Source: Eledone cirrhosa
Taxonomy: Eukaryota
Assembly: GCA_964016885.1 (NCBI GenBank)
Contig: OZ024740.1
Location: 124,310,001-124,374,000 of the forward strand
DNA: 64,000 nucleotides
Direction: 5' to 3'
Shown: positions 49,566-64,000 of the stretch, one piece after another
Layout: every line of letters starts with the position of its first letter
Numbering within the stretch: position 1 is the first letter of the stretch
Translations under genes and position numbers: made by a program
The notes under the pieces: model-generated
Told to the model about the DNA's origin: nothing
Database searches by the model: none
Seen by the model: only the letters and a program-made list of their open reading frames with translations

Positions 49566-49769
49566 TTGTGTGTATAAACCGTATTTGGGTCTATGTCCTT
49601 AAATTTGTTTTAATGAATATGATTTTATCAGCATTTATTTTGATAGGTATAGTAACATTGCAATGTACCTTATATAGATGTATTGAACAGTTCCTAAGAC
49701 AGCAATATAATTGTCAACTGCATGATATCCTATACATTTCTTAACATAACCTACTTTTGTTAAGAAGGT

Positions 49770-51115
49770 CACACACCACACTCACACACATACATACACA
49801 CACTCACACACACATACATACACACTCACATACAAACACACATACATACACACAGTCACACACACACACATACATACCCATTCACACTCACATACATACA
49901 CACTCACACACATACATACACACTCACACACATACATACACACTCTCACACACATACACACACACACACTCACATACATACATACACTCACACATACATA
50001 CACAGTTACATAAATACATACACACACTCATGCACATACATGCATACACCCATACATACGCAAACTCACACACACATACAGACACACAATCACACACGCA
50101 TACACATGCAAACTCACACACATACAGACACACACTCACACACAAATACAGACATACACTCACACACACATACATACACACATTCACATATACATACATA
50201 CACACACTCACACATACATACATACACACTCACACACGCATACATACAAACACACATACACACACTCACACACACATACATACACACACTCACACATGCA
50301 TACATACGCACTCACATACATACACACCCTCACACACACATACATACACCCATTCACACACATACATACATACACACATTCACACACATACATATATACA
50401 TACACACACTCTCACACATACATACACACACTGACACACACACATACATACACACTCACCCACATACAAACATAATCTCACACACTCACACATACATACA
50501 TTCACTCACACATACATTCACTCACACATACATACACACTCACATACATACATACACACACTCATGCACATACATGCATACACCCATACATACACAAATT
50601 CACACACACATACAGACACACAATCACACACATATACATATGCAAACTCACACACACATACAGACACACACTCACACACAAATACAGACACACACTCACA
50701 CACACATACATACACACACTCACACACATACATACACCCACTCACACACATGCATACATACACACGCTCACACACATACATATATACATAAACACACTCA
50801 CACACATACATACACAAACTCACACACATACATACACACACTCACACATACATACACCCACTCACACACGCATACACACACTCACACACACATACATACA
50901 TACACACTCACACACATACATACATACACACACTCACATATACATACTCACACCCATACATACATGCACTCACACACATACATACACACACACACACACA
51001 CATACATGCATACATACATACACTCTCACATGCACATGCTCACACACTCATACATCCACACACACATACATACACACACTCACAATCACATACATACACA
51101 CACTCATGCACACAT
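49770..51115. repeat. 1.35-kb complex (CA/CATA/CACT) microsatellite with an internal duplication of about 534 bp
   Basis: ctcatgcacatacatgcatacacccatacata occurs at about 50027 and 50561. Confidence 0.9.
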
Positions 51116-51129
51116 TACAAGATTCTGTA

Positions 51130-52250
51130 TAGTTTGCCAAATTCCAAAGATAAAGATGAGATGTCATCTGGTGTACCACAGGGATCTGTTCTTGGTCCCC
51201 TTTTGTTTGTTGCATACATTAATGACATAGATGCCAACTTAAACAATGCCACGGTACTGAAATATGCAGATGACATCAAGCTGTACCTTGAAATCAAAAG
51301 GACAGATCCTGAAATCTATAACTCTTTCCAACAATCAGACCTGGACACAATGCAGCAATGGATCACAGACTGGCAACTGAAGCTGGCTGTGGACAAGTGT
51401 ACCACCATGCATTTTTGGAGGAAAAATCCAGCATCCACATACTCCCTCCACAACACTGATATCAAGAAGTAGTCTTGTGAACATGACCTGGGAATTACTG
51501 TCAGAAGCGATTTGAGTTGCACAAAGCACATCTCTAAAATTGTCAAGAAGGCCGATGGTGTCTTGGCATCACTCAGCAAGACCTTTGTTAGCCGCTCTCC
51601 AACCATCTATTTAAAGCTGTATACAGCTATGGTACGACCACACTTGGAATTCGTATCATCAGTCTGGAACCCCCTATCTTGCTCAGAACATTGACCGCCT
51701 GGAATCCTTTTAGAGACATGCAACCAAGCGCATACCCTCCATCAGACACCTACCATACTCTGAACGCCTTGCTCCCTTGGGCATGGATTCATTGAAGCTC
51801 CGAGTCTGGCAATGGACTTCGTAAACACCCACAAAATTATTAACCAGCTCGCCAACAACATCCCTGTGTACCTTTTTGATCTCCATGTGTCTAACACACG
51901 TGGATATGCCTACAAAGTCAGAAAACAGCACAGCTCCCATGACTTTCGGAAACATTTTTCAAGCTTAGAGTTGCTGAAGCATGGAACAAACTGCCTGCGT
52001 CAGTTGTTAGCTGCCGAGACACTGCATCCTTTAAAACCCTCATGCTTCCCGAAATTCGCCAAAACTACACTTGATGTCCACCTTCCATACACATGCACAT
52101 ATGTGTATATCATGACTCATGCTCTGTTTATTTTCCTGACGTTTGTACATTACCCTATGTACTATACATACACTTTTGATGAGTTGTAGTGCACCTGAGC
52201 ACTGTACGCAATATTTTCATTATTATTATTATTATTTCATTATTATTAAA
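51130..52250 (+). mobile_element. CR1-type LINE 3' fragment
   Basis: SGVPQGSVLGPLLFVAYIND, KYADDIKL, WQLKL...KC, LYTAMVRPHLEF..VWNP, TRG, and an (ATT)n tail. Confidence 0.85.
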
Positions 52251-52934
52251 ATGGGTGGAGAGACAGGAGAATGAGGGAACCTATTGGGGTCTAATGGTAT
52301 GAAAGATTGAAACAAACGCCATTTGGTTTACAAAACAGACTTGTTAACTATATGACTATGACTAAGCAATGTATACATGCACACACACACTCATACAATA
52401 GCGGAATATTTGGCACTGCTCAGGCTCATTATTTTCTAAAGCCCAGAAGTGGTTTTAATTAAACCTATCATGCTGTGTTCCTGCTATAACAGTAATAGCC
52501 TAAATGTAATTTCTACTGGATTCCCATTCAAGTGGTAATGAACAACACACATACAGAAAGATGATAAGATACCAAAAATGGACAACTAATACCATTGCAG
52601 CTTGTAGTTATATGTCATTGTTAATGGTGTCCCCTATAACTTGTTTACTTTTGTTTTTAATTGGAAAAAGTGGATTTTTTCTGCAATGAAATGAACATGT
52701 GATGGACCCAGCACTTCGTCAGGTAAACAAGTAAGGCTTAGACTTTTTACAGCTGAGGAAGTTATTGATGATATTTATTCTATGGACGAAACTGAGCAAG
52801 AATTTTAACAAGTTTACCCTTACATAGACAGCGAGAGAGATTTGAATAATGAAAATTATGAAAGTGGTGAGGAAAGCAGCGATTTGGATAACAAATTTTC
52901 AATGTGACCTTTGCACAGCTGATACTGCTTGGGA

Positions 52935-53275
52935 TGTACTTGTACTTGTACTTGTGTCGACATTCACCCTGGACGGGTTGAGCCGGCTTCTTCCCGTGTC
53001 CTGACGGCATCCCGAACCATGGCAGCCCACGCATGATGGTCCTGGACTAGGTCACTGGAGATAGCGAGCCAGTCACGGTTCCATCAGCGCAGGCCGACCA
53101 CCTGCAGACCTGAGAGTTCGGAGAGGTCCTCCTTGATTGTCATTGCCCAGGTGTTCAGCTGCCCACCAACGCAGTTGCGTCAGTTAAGGAGTGGAGGTAG
53201 GAGGAGAACATCGCGGATCAGCTCACTCTCACGGCGCCGGGTTGTGTGACTAAACCATCTCAAGCGCCGTTGCAG
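52935..53275 (-). mobile_element. RTE-like LINE extreme 3' end with (TACAAG)n tail
   Basis: Minus strand RRLRWFSHTTRR..GGQLNTWAMTIKED, with (cttgta)n at 52939-52956. Confidence 0.65.
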
Positions 53276-54399
53276 AAGTACTGAAGGAAGGGGTTGAAGA
53301 TTGTAGGAATGATGGAAGAAGTGTCATGGGAGTAGTGAATTCACAAACGGTCCCCAAAAGACCCGCATGTATATCCCGAACAAGGGGAAAAAACGTCCTG
53401 TTTGCCGCAGATTCTCCACAGATGCAGGGATAGAAACGCCCTGAAGCCACTGGTTGCCGGAACAGACACCTCTTGGATTTTCACCAGAGCCCTTTTTGCT
53501 GGGTTGCGGCCCTAATACCGCTGTGTGCCAGACCAATCCGCCTTGGGTGGCCCTACCAGGAACTGAAATTCCCGGCGGCATAGCTCTGACACTACCCATT
53601 GCCACATCCCTGTTTGGGATGGCGGAGATTATGTAAATCTATAGGTAAACACATTTTATGTGCCTTGTGCTGATTCTGCCTATTAGTTTGTCTGCAACTA
53701 TTTATATTTTTTGTTCAGGAACCCAAGTAGAGGATAAGGTTAGACACAGCAGTCTGGAGAGTGTCAAGACATGTTTAATAGGGTGGTTTTCTCATGGAAA
53801 GTTAGTTTTCCTGTAAGAACTGAAATTCTTTTTTATTCGATTTTGTCCAATGTATAATGTATTGTGCAACAGATACTCATTCATTATGAATTGTATATTT
53901 CATAATTTTATTGTGTAAAGGTCATTACCTAATTCATGCATATTTAATAAGAACACAAGATTACGTCAAAGTGAAAATAGTGTTATTTCATTTAAAACTA
54001 TTATTAAACATAATATTTTAATTTTTTTATTCTTGAAATTCTTTAATTCTTAAGTATGATTGAGATGTGTAGAAGCGAGAATGCCGGAACTATCCGAAGA
54101 AGCATTCATGTTGACTTGAGTGTATAGTATACATTCTTCCTATGGTACTGACAAATATTATGCCAGGCTGGTCATCCTTTAACAGAGACATTATGCTTCT
54201 TTCATCTGCATTGCTTATTGATCCATGCATAATAGGACTGAACCTGAAGCTGCAGCAGTTTAAAGAAGGCTGTAAGCATTATCTGTTGGCTATTGTGCTT
54301 GCTGTTGAGCAGTTGCTGGAGTGAAGTGACTGTGTTAAATATTTTTTCAAGTAAAATGTAAGCTGCTAAATAACAGATCTTTCATGAATAGGAAAGGCA

Positions 54400-55700
54400 A
54401 AAAATGAACCAAAAAGACTCATTGATGCTGATGCTCCTGCTGAAAGAAAATAATTTCATCACTATTGTATTGTGGTATTAGAGCAAAATTGTAACCGTAT
54501 TTGATGAACTTTATTGAATTTGAGACCTCAGAATTGATGTCATCATTAATGTCTTGTTCGGGTGTATGCAATAGTGAATGATTTGTCTGTTGCAAATGCC
54601 ATACTGTCCAACCAAGTTTTGGTACTCGTCTGTAAGAAGAATAACCATCTTCACTTGTTTGAGTCTCTTTGTAGATTACCTTAGAAACCATTTGGTGAAT
54701 GTTTTTTTTTTTTTCTATGCAAAGTGAAATCTTGTTAATGGATGCACATATATTTTGAAACATCCCAGTTTCAAAAAAATTAATAAGCTCTCGTTGTGAC
54801 CAATGTAAAGAAGCTCCACTGATATGATAGAATCAATTTGACTGGAATGAATATTATTTCTTAATCAGATCAAAATGTGTTCATATGACAGGCCTAATTT
54901 TTGTCATTCTGTGGTATAAAAGTCATACATGATTGGTATAAAGATTTGGCATTTAGCAATCAAATCCACTATCTTCTTCAATTCTATGACTTAAGGGGGG
55001 AACAATAATTCAAAGTGGATTTCAGTGAATATAGATAACAAATAAAATAGCTTGATGTCATTTGGTGAATGACTTCAGGTAGATCTGAGAATTATGGGGA
55101 ACAACAAAATTAATTGAGCCCAAGAGTACACACACTACACTTTGTAATTCAGCTAGAGAAACCATGCTTTGACTGTATGCACAAGTGAGATGTGATCCTT
55201 CAACCTAACTAATAAGGCAGTAATTTTGAATAATAATTGACACATACTGTGATGGCCATGTCAGCTCGGAAGCTAAACAGAAATGGTGATGATAATGGTT
55301 GCATGTTTCTTTTATAACATACAAGATGAGTTGTTACAGTAGTGATTAAAAAATTTAGGGCTATTAGCCTCCTTCAGCTTTTTTGTTTATCCCTATATTG
55401 TATGTACATTCACTCAAATTGATGTAACATTTTCAATATTCTTTTGAGTTATCTTTTAAAGAAATCCATTCGTAAAATTACTTTTCGATAAAAAGAAAGT
55501 TATAGATGCACTTCTTTACATTGGCCAATTCTTACATAGGTTTTTCATCAGGTTAGACATTTCTGATTAAATGCAAGTGTCATCCATATATAAACTACAT
55601 CACCCCATCAACCCAGCATCACTTCTATTAATGGAGAGCTCTTAAACATTCTACGTTTTGAACATGGACCTTAATCACGTTCAGTAGTACTTTTAGTTAC
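54400..55700 (-). mobile_element. Decayed Helitron Rep fragment
   Basis: Minus-strand remnants QIDSIISVEL, ETQTSEDGYSSYRR, DINSEVSNSIKFIKY and LLNVIKGP. Confidence 0.55.
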
Positions 55701-56914
55701 TACTAATGTTCAGACACTGTAATACCACAATCTTTGAATTCCTGAACAAGTCACAGGTAAAAATCTTTTGTCTCTTTCATAATACAAAATCTGTATTGGG
55801 TCTTTACTAATGGTCATAGCTCCTTAGGATGTTGATATATCTAATGTGTTTATTAATAAACAGATGGTTAGGTTTATCAATAAATAGATGAAGTGATTAT
55901 CTCAGATTCTGTGTCAGATGGAATACTAATTCTGGCAGTATTTCAGTTTTATGCCTGAAATTCGGGAATTATTATATCAAGCTCTCAGTTCAGCAACCCC
56001 ATTTAAGTAGTTCCTCTCTTTAAATTCTTTCTACATTGTGATTGTAAATGGCTAAATTTGTTTATTTGAGTCACATAAATTTAATATCTGAACTTCTTCC
56101 AGATATGTATCTGTGTTTAACTTCCTTATCATAGGAAACATTCAGGAACCAATTTTAAGTGATGTGAATAAACACAGTAAATAAAAAACATCAATCATCA
56201 CTGTTTTAGGAGTTTTATGCCTGTACACCACCTGGATGTGGTGAATCTTATCGAACCCAACACTTATTTTTTTAAGCTGGTACCAATTGTATCATTCCAA
56301 ATTTTGTTGGACAACAGATACAAATGTAAACACATATATATATGTGCTGTAAATTAGTAGTGCTGGTATGGTACTACAAAAAGGCACACAGTACACCCTA
56401 TTGTAGTGGCATGAGATAATGAAGTTGGTTCACTCAATAAATTGGTTGGCCTTAGAAAGGGCATCCAGCCATATACACCATGCCAAAATGAAATGTATGA
56501 GCTTGTTAAACCTCAATATGTGACACACTGTCTAAGCGATGCAAGCATCAACCATATTTCTTGATCAGGTTTGTGCATTGATCAAACAACTGAACACTCA
56601 CTTGTAATCAGCATAACAGATTCTGATATCATATTTATATGAAATAGAGAAGAAATATTTATTCAAAATAAAATTGGAAGAGTCTATCTCTATGCACAAT
56701 CTATTGCTATTACAGCTAAGAATGTCTGTATGCCATGAGCCATTAATTCCTGATGGAACTTTAGGAGTGCCATCATGATATCATGATATACACCATGTTT
56801 TGAGCATATAAGCCTCCTCTAGGTCTTAACACAGTTGATTTCTTTCAATGAGAAAGAGAGAGTGACATGGGGGACACAGCGGGATATATATATATATACA
56901 GAGAGAGAGAGAAT

Positions 56915-57055
56915 CGACTCCAGTGCTGAACTGGCATTTTGTTTAATAACGTTGAAATTATGAAATGCTAGGTTGACCTTAGTAGCATTTTAACTCAGAG
57001 CATTGGAAAAATATCACAAAATCTTCTACCTGACGTTTTAACAACTCTGCTAATT
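56915..57055 (-). mobile_element. Decayed SINE (2580-2770 family)
   Basis: atcgactccagtg..ctgg..atgaaatgcta.gttgacct..attt.aactcaga. Confidence 0.5.
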
Positions 57056-60000
57056 CGTGATGAAATGTCTATAGATCTATGTCTAAATGAAAATCTGACA
57101 CAATCTGTTCTTGCGTCTGTTTTATGGATTACACTCGTAGCAATTATGATAAGTATGATAATAATTGCACTTCATAAAATATGCATTAGAAAATGTGTAG
57201 CTCTGTCATCGTTATTTATTTAGAAATAATTATGTTGTTTTTTCAAGTATTTAAATGGTTTATACTGTGTAATGAAACAATTATCCAAGCATTAAATACT
57301 GAGAAATATAAATGAAAAGAGAATTCAATTTCTAATCTTCAGTAGCTGAATTACTTATACATAAATATACATAATGAAATTCAGCAAATAAAATTAGATA
57401 ATTTCTTCTGTGTTTTGTCATTTTCTCTTTGTTCTTAGTATTTTTGTGCTCAAATATTGAGATTTCCATAGAGGTCAAACATTGTTTTAACAGTATAGAA
57501 TAATTCACTACATGCAATCATTTTCATTAATGTCAAGTGGTAAGAGATAATTGTCTTACAGGTAGGGTAATGTCTTATTGCTGTGATTAGGAGTGGAATT
57601 CTTCTGTCACAAATAAACAAGAATACTACTTCATGATGAAATCTATTCATAATTACAAAGACAAGGCTAGTTATTTATTTGAATAATCCATCATATCGTT
57701 GTTAGATCTGTTACATATAGCAGACTCCAACATATTAAAAAAGTAATGGACACACATTGAATAATTTAGTTTGGGGAAAGATTAGAACTAGAAGAAATCA
57801 GTGCTGAAGAAAGCTCATCTACTGCATGCAAGCATGGGAAAGTAGACATAACAATGATGATGATAAATAGTTAAAAAGAAAGAGGAGAATGTTGAGCTGG
57901 ACCTAAATATTAGCAAGAACTATCTATAAAGTTAATTTATGTGACTCTTTTAGAATTGTGAGTTTCTTGCAACTTCAAAATAGAGTAATTATGACAAATA
58001 TAAATTTAATAACAAACATAAATTTATCATAATTAGAATTAACTTAAATTCTTATTTGATATTACAAACAATTTCTCAAAAGGATATTAATTATAAACCT
58101 CATCGGAAAAATAGTAAAATATTAAGAAATTTTTTTCAAAATAAATTAATAGGTCCTATTTAGTCATGGCTGACCATGGCTTTGCACCTGAAAATTTGTG
58201 TCCTAAAGTGCAAGCCTAGGCAAGGTGTTTTGTGGAAAACCTCTAACTGTTGTCCAAGGGGAAGTCAAAGATGGATGCAGCTAAACACCAGAGACATTAC
58301 AGGCAATGTAATATATCATGTTCAACACTTTAACAATTCTACCAATTCACTAATCTGGATGGGTACTTTATTTATCAACTCCAAGTTGATCTTGGTGGGA
58401 TTTGAACTTATAACACAATCAGCAGAAAGATCTTCTGTGTAGCATTTTAAGTAAATACTCTAAAAATTTTGCCATTTTGCACTGGAGAATTTGTTATTGC
58501 ATCATCCTTCTTATTCAATTGTGAGAGGTGTTTTAAATTGATTTAAATAAATTACAGATATTAATTTATGATGTGTTTTGGAAAGCTGATACAATGCAAA
58601 TTCCAAATACAGGAGTAGAGTAAATTAAGAAGAAAAAAACAAAACAATTTACCAACATCCCACTCCTTTGGCCTAGGTTCTTTTTCAGGTATTGCCATAA
58701 TTTTTTGCGTTGTCAGTGTTGAGGACTGCACTTATAAAAGGGGGTCAGATTTCAAAGAGTTAAACCTATTTTTGATTACAAAGCTGGAGGTTGTTCAATT
58801 GTATTGTGTTGAAGGTGGCAATACCACAACAATTATATGTATTTACGGCCTCCATAATAATCCTTTCAGTTAACATTTCATAACAGATTTTATTAAACAT
58901 TTTGAAGAAACAAAAGTTTTCATAAATTATCCAACTTAAACTGGACAACATTCCCTCGGAGATTATAGAATTTCTGCTGTCAAAGAATTCCAAGGAAAGG
59001 CAAGTGAAAGTCTCATTGATATGCAAGCATATCATCAATTCCACTTCATAGAATAATTCCAAAACAAAACTCTGTAAGCCCTTTTCATATTGTTGGTTAT
59101 GTAAACGGTGCAGGAAATAGAAGCTTTTAAAAACAAGATAATCAAAGATACAAATGAATTTACAAGGCTATTTGAAATGTTTCATAAAATACATAATACA
59201 AGAAAAATGTTTGGTTAAAGACTTTTAATATTGAAATTTTAAATGTTGTTGTCCCAATATAAATGATTATATAACCAATCACTATAAATACTAGTTGAAA
59301 AAATTGGACAAATTACCTCTGAAGATGGAAAAAAGTGAACAGATGTCAACCAGGTGCTCATTCTGTATTATTTTTAAAAACCCTATAGTTGCTATTTTGT
59401 TGCAATATAATGTATTTAACTCTTTCATTACCATATTTCTGATAACAGATACTACCTACTATTTTCAAATCGTTTTTTAGAATAATCACAAAATTTGATT
59501 GATTTACCAATAGAACTTTTTCATTATTAAGCTGATGTTTGGAACATAACTTAACTAAAGTTCTTCCATAAAATTATTATGGAATATACAGCTTAATATT
59601 GTAAAACCAGGGGAAGTTTCAGGTGGTTTGGTATAAAAAAAGTTAATGAAATGTGTACAGGATGTTGCCTCTAAAATGTATACAAATTGTAAGTATTAAT
59701 TATTACAATGTTTATTAAGATGTTTTAGCATTATATAAAACAAATGCAGAGTCATTCAAATTTATTACAAATATTCTAACTGATGGCTGCTGATAGTGCA
59801 GGGCAGTAGAATTGTAAACATCACAAATAATTTCTTTTGGCATTTCATTCTCTTTCAATGGTTTCTTCTTATTTATAGCTGCTGGCTTTGTGCGATAAAC
59901 CTTATCTTTGATGCATATCAATAAAATATATTCAGTGGTGTAAGGTCTGTCGAACAGTGTTTAATACCACCTCTATTTGGCAGATTTTCATCAAGATAGT

Positions 60001-61039
60001 CCCCTACATCACGATGGTAATAAGAAAGTGCTGCATCTTGCTAAAAACAAATACCCTCCTCATCTCAAAATATTTCACAATAGGGCTGAGATGGATTAAA
60101 AAATATGCACTAATTTGGCAAACTTTGTACTTAAAAAAGTTATCTGAATAAGACAAATTCCTATTTTTATGTTTTATACATAATTCTTGCATGAACAAAA
60201 TCGTGTATGTCAGTTTTTATGAAAAACTAAAATAAAATATTGATATACTTCAAAAACAATAAAAATGCATTGAAAACATTGTGGCATGCATAAAGTCCCA
60301 TGTGGTCTAATTTGTAATTGCTAAAAGATTTATGAAAGACAAAATGATGATTAACATGCTCACCAATTTCAAGATGGATACTATACTGTGAAATATTAAA
60401 AAAATTGTTTTCCTATATCCTGCATTGAATTGGTAGAAATGTCATGTGTCTCATTAGAATTTATCTGGACAATTTTATACATTGATTTATCAATCTATAA
60501 TAATACGTTAGAGCTTAACAGAACTTTTGAACAAGTAGGGTTGAAGTTAATCTAGTGAATTGAAAATGGAGGTGATTGTTGTTCCTATCATTGCAATGAA
60601 TTCAAGATAATATCCTACTTTATTCCTCAAACAGGATTTCAATTGCTTTAATGTCTGATAGCATTTAACTGAGTTGATCATAATGAATTTTAAACTAAAT
60701 TTGATATGAAATAATTATAATAATCTACATACAGTTTATGCTACAGGACATTACAACAATATTTTGAAATATTTCCCAACAGTATTGATACTGCCAAATA
60801 ACACAATAATGATACAAGCTGTAAGATATTGAGAATATCAGCTGAAATAATGCTGACAATACACAGTAAACTTTACGAAAACCCTAATAACGTCCTTTCT
60901 AACACTTGCACCAAAACTAATGTTACTACCAGCTATTGTATGACTATTTTACATCTATCTATATATCTATCTATCTATCTATCCATCTACAGAGGGTCCA
61001 GCTGCACAAGCCAGCAGAAATGTGGTAAGTAAGTTAATT

Positions 61040-62570
61040 AGGGATATAAATAAAGGGAAGGCAGTTAGTCGAATGGGGATATTTTCAGAGATGCTGAAAG
61101 CATCTGGAATGGTGGGTCACACATTAACAACAGTAAACTAAGAAATATAAAATGGTGTTGTACCCAATGACTGGCATAGCAGCAGCATTGTCAACTGCTA
61201 CAAGGACAAAAGAGATGCAGTAGACAGAGAAAACTACAGAGGCATCAAGTTGATGGACTATGTTATGACGGTCTCAGAAAGACTTATAGCACAGCTGATT
61301 AGGGACCGAGTTAAACTAGAGGAGATGCAGTTTGGATTTGTTTCAACTAAAATTACCACTGATGCCTTCATCCTTGTGAGGAAACATAGCTAAAAGTAAA
61401 TCCCTCTACTTGGCATTTGTGGAGCTGGAGAAAGCTGGTAGGCTCTTAGAAACTTAGATGACTGGTTTGTAAAGGTAGTTCAAGCCATGTATAGAGGAGC
61501 ACTAAGCAAGGTTAGAATTAACAATGACAATAGTGAAGAATTTAGTGTACATGTAGGAGTCCATCAGTTCTTTGTTCTTAGCCCTCTGTTTATTATCATC
61601 CTGCAAGCCATAACAGACGAGTTTAAAACTGGCTGCCCATGGGAATACCTTTTTGTAAATGATGCAACCATTGTAGCTGAATTTATGGCAGAATTAGAGA
61701 AGAAATTCCTAACTTGGAATTATGGCCTCAAATCAAAATGTCTTAAAGTGAACTTGGCAAAGACCTAGCAAGTAGAAAGAAATTTAGGGCCCTGATTCTT
61801 TCAGGAAAACAGACTTAGTCAGTGTGTTGAAAAGGAGTAGGTAGACATTTAATATGTCCAAATGCACACTATGGGTACATAAAAGATTTAGTGGGATCTC
61901 AGGCAGGCTAGCAAAGAATATAGGTTTTGTATATGATTGATGCACAGCAGTCAGCAAAAGCTCCTTTAAATGCCTGGAGGGCTCTGTAGAATAGTTGATA
62001 ATTTCTGTAACCTGGATGGCCAAATAAGCAGTGGAGGTAGGTGTGGTTTGAAAATGGTTAAGGGAGCTACTAATGCTGCTAATTACAAATATTTTTCCCT
62101 CAAAAGGAAAGGCAGATTGTATGAAGCTTGTGTACAAACAACAATGCTGCATGACATAAGACATGGGAAATATGTGCAGAGGATCTATGAAGATTGGAAA
62201 GAAATAAAGCTTACATTCTTCAATGGATGTGCGATAGTAGTGAGCATGAACATCAAATCAGCAATAAACTAAAAGAGAAACTAAGTATAAAAGGGGTCAG
62301 ATTCAGTGTACAGGAGAGGAGATTGTGGTTGTTCGAACATGTGATATGTATAGAGGATAACAGTTGTTAAAAAAGGTGCAGGGCACGCAAAGTCGATGGA
62401 AACTATGTGAGATGAAGTCCTAGAAAAACTTTGGATGAATTGATAAAAGCTGATCTTGCCCAATTAAACCTTACATAGGAGATGACACATGGTTGAGCAC
62501 TCTGGCATCATGCTATACTGCCCAAGACCCACCTTCCCATATGCATGAAACAAGCATGTAGAGAACACAC
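61040..62570 (+). mobile_element. Old, decayed RTE LINE of the copy A/B type
   Basis: EMLKASGMVGH, NYRGIKL, MQFGF, KVRINNDNSEEFSVHVGVHQ, KTGCPWE, KGRLYEAC, with many indels. Confidence 0.85.
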
Positions 62571-63174
62571 TAGTCTGCACTGATCTTCTCTTCACTCCTC
62601 CACATTTTGTCTCCCTAATCATTAATACCCTCTTCTTTCCTTCTAGACGTTCCATGCACCTCTTCAATGTCAAACTTGCTTACCTGTTCCCCTCCAAAAC
62701 CTCACCACTGATACATCCCTGGCCCAAAACATGCACACAAGCATGAGAGTTGAATATGCTCTACATTTGAACTCCCACAGCAAAAAATACCTAGTCCACA
62801 CTGTAAGATGGTCATGTTAGTGACAAGACAAAAAGTATCCAGTGCTCCCTGTTTAGGAAAAATGGATGTGAAATAATGTTGGTGATGGAGATGATAATAT
62901 ATATGTATGTATCTATGCATATACCTATTTTATCTGAGTGTATGTAGCTTAGAATAGGTACATAGTATACTTGGGTGCTGCAAGAGGCAGCTATAACCAC
63001 ATGATGAGTATGAAGCTAGTTATGGGACTTACAATGATAACTTGGGAAGTTAACTTTAAAACATATTATTGTTATTCATGAAACAACATTAAGTAAATTA
63101 ATCCTGAAGCAGGTAGGTAGCTATGAGTATTCAATCCCTAGCTGAACTCAACCAGTAATTTCCTATTATTGTAA

Positions 63175-63520
63175 AGTGTATGTACACTGACCATAAACTT
63201 CAACATTATTTCCATATAATTGTTGTAAAAACAAACACCCCCAAATGGACTCTAATTAACATTGTGATTCCTGAAGACCATAATGTGGCTGACAAGGAAA
63301 TGGAAAAGATCAATAAGTATGCAAAACTTGCAGGCACTATTAGAACTGAGTATCATGTAGAGACAGAAATTGTGCCAATCGTCATTGGGGCTATAGGCAC
63401 AGTCAGTAAATGCTTTATATCTTTCATCAAAGCCTTGGGATCCCCAACTTCTTAGGCTGTGCCCAAAATTATATTATTACAAGCAATGCCAGAATCCTAC
63501 ACAATATATTGAGCTTCTGA
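63175..63520 (+). mobile_element. R4/Dong-like restriction-like endonuclease 3' fragment
   Basis: TDHKLQH..LINIVIPEDHNVADKEMEKINKYAKLA..VPIVIGAIGTV. Confidence 0.7.
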
Positions 63521-63624
63521 GATCAGGAACTGATCTGAGGCTAATTAATACATTTCACCTAGTAACTGATTGCTAGATAAACTTTACAAAAGGAAAGAAA
63601 AATAGTATTATCATTACTATTATT

Positions 63625-63815
63625 GGGTTGGTAGTATTGGTAGAGTGTCGGACAATATGTTTTGTGGCATAGAGTTACGGCCCTGTCGAGATTAGCTTTG
63701 CCTTTCAACCTTACACGGTTGATAAACTAAAGCACCAGTAATGCATTGGGGTCGATTTAAATGACTTTTCCCCTGCCCCCAAATTACTGGCCTTGTGCTT
63801 TAGTAGAAACCCTTA
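63625..63815 (+). mobile_element. tRNA-derived SINE (2580-2770 family)
   Basis: tggtagtattggtagagtgtcggac..ctttgcctttca..gataaa.taaagcaccagtaatgcattggggtcgat..ggccttgtgc..agtagaaac, flanked by (ATT)n. Confidence 0.75.
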
Positions 63816-64000
63816 TTATTACTATTATTATTATTGCCTTGCATATTATAACATTTCTATACTCATAATCTATTAAAAGTTAGAGTGGAATATTGAATAG
63901 GAGATCATGGTATTGTTATATTGTAATGTTGCTGTCAAATATTCGTTTGATATCAATATTTTGTAATACAAACATATTGGCATGTGGAGAAAAGTAAAGA

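Noticed and set aside
58690-60200. Short minus-strand ORFs, possibly a transposase or exon remnant
   Set aside because: No recognisable motif series or consistent splice signals.

Overview
This is AT-rich, repeat-saturated eukaryotic DNA. It is inferred to be a coleoid cephalopod (octopus-like) genome from its (TA)n/(CA)n microsatellites, tRNA-derived SINEs and RTE LINEs. No confidently identifiable intact host gene is present; there are only weak + strand exon candidates. The window is dominated by Penelope-like retroelements (PLEs) of at least three types (Hydra-like YRDD RTs, a Penelope/Poseidon-like RT, and a near-complete Neptune-like element with direct pLTRs). These sit nested in (TA)n tracts in two clusters, about 1-12.7 kb and 36-47.6 kb. 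Reading the non-coding DNA between the (TA)n tracts by eye reveals about 20 type I hammerhead ribozyme (HHR) motifs, intact or decayed, from about a dozen sequence families. Most have a family-specific palindromic stem III. Several lie in protein-free units of about 424, 524 and 593 bp that are tandemly permuted and/or folded back on themselves, which makes them candidate retrozyme-like (circular RNA) parasites of PLEs. Variant cores (U3-A8, U4A) and long or branched stem II inserts occur. The Neptune-like element has a two-ORF layout joined by a U UUU UUA -1 slippery site. Other content includes an inverted pair of RTE LINEs carrying a PHD-type finger, R4/Dong-like, CR1, Gypsy and Helitron relics, and SINEs. 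All structures were assigned by manual reading, without folding or database searches.
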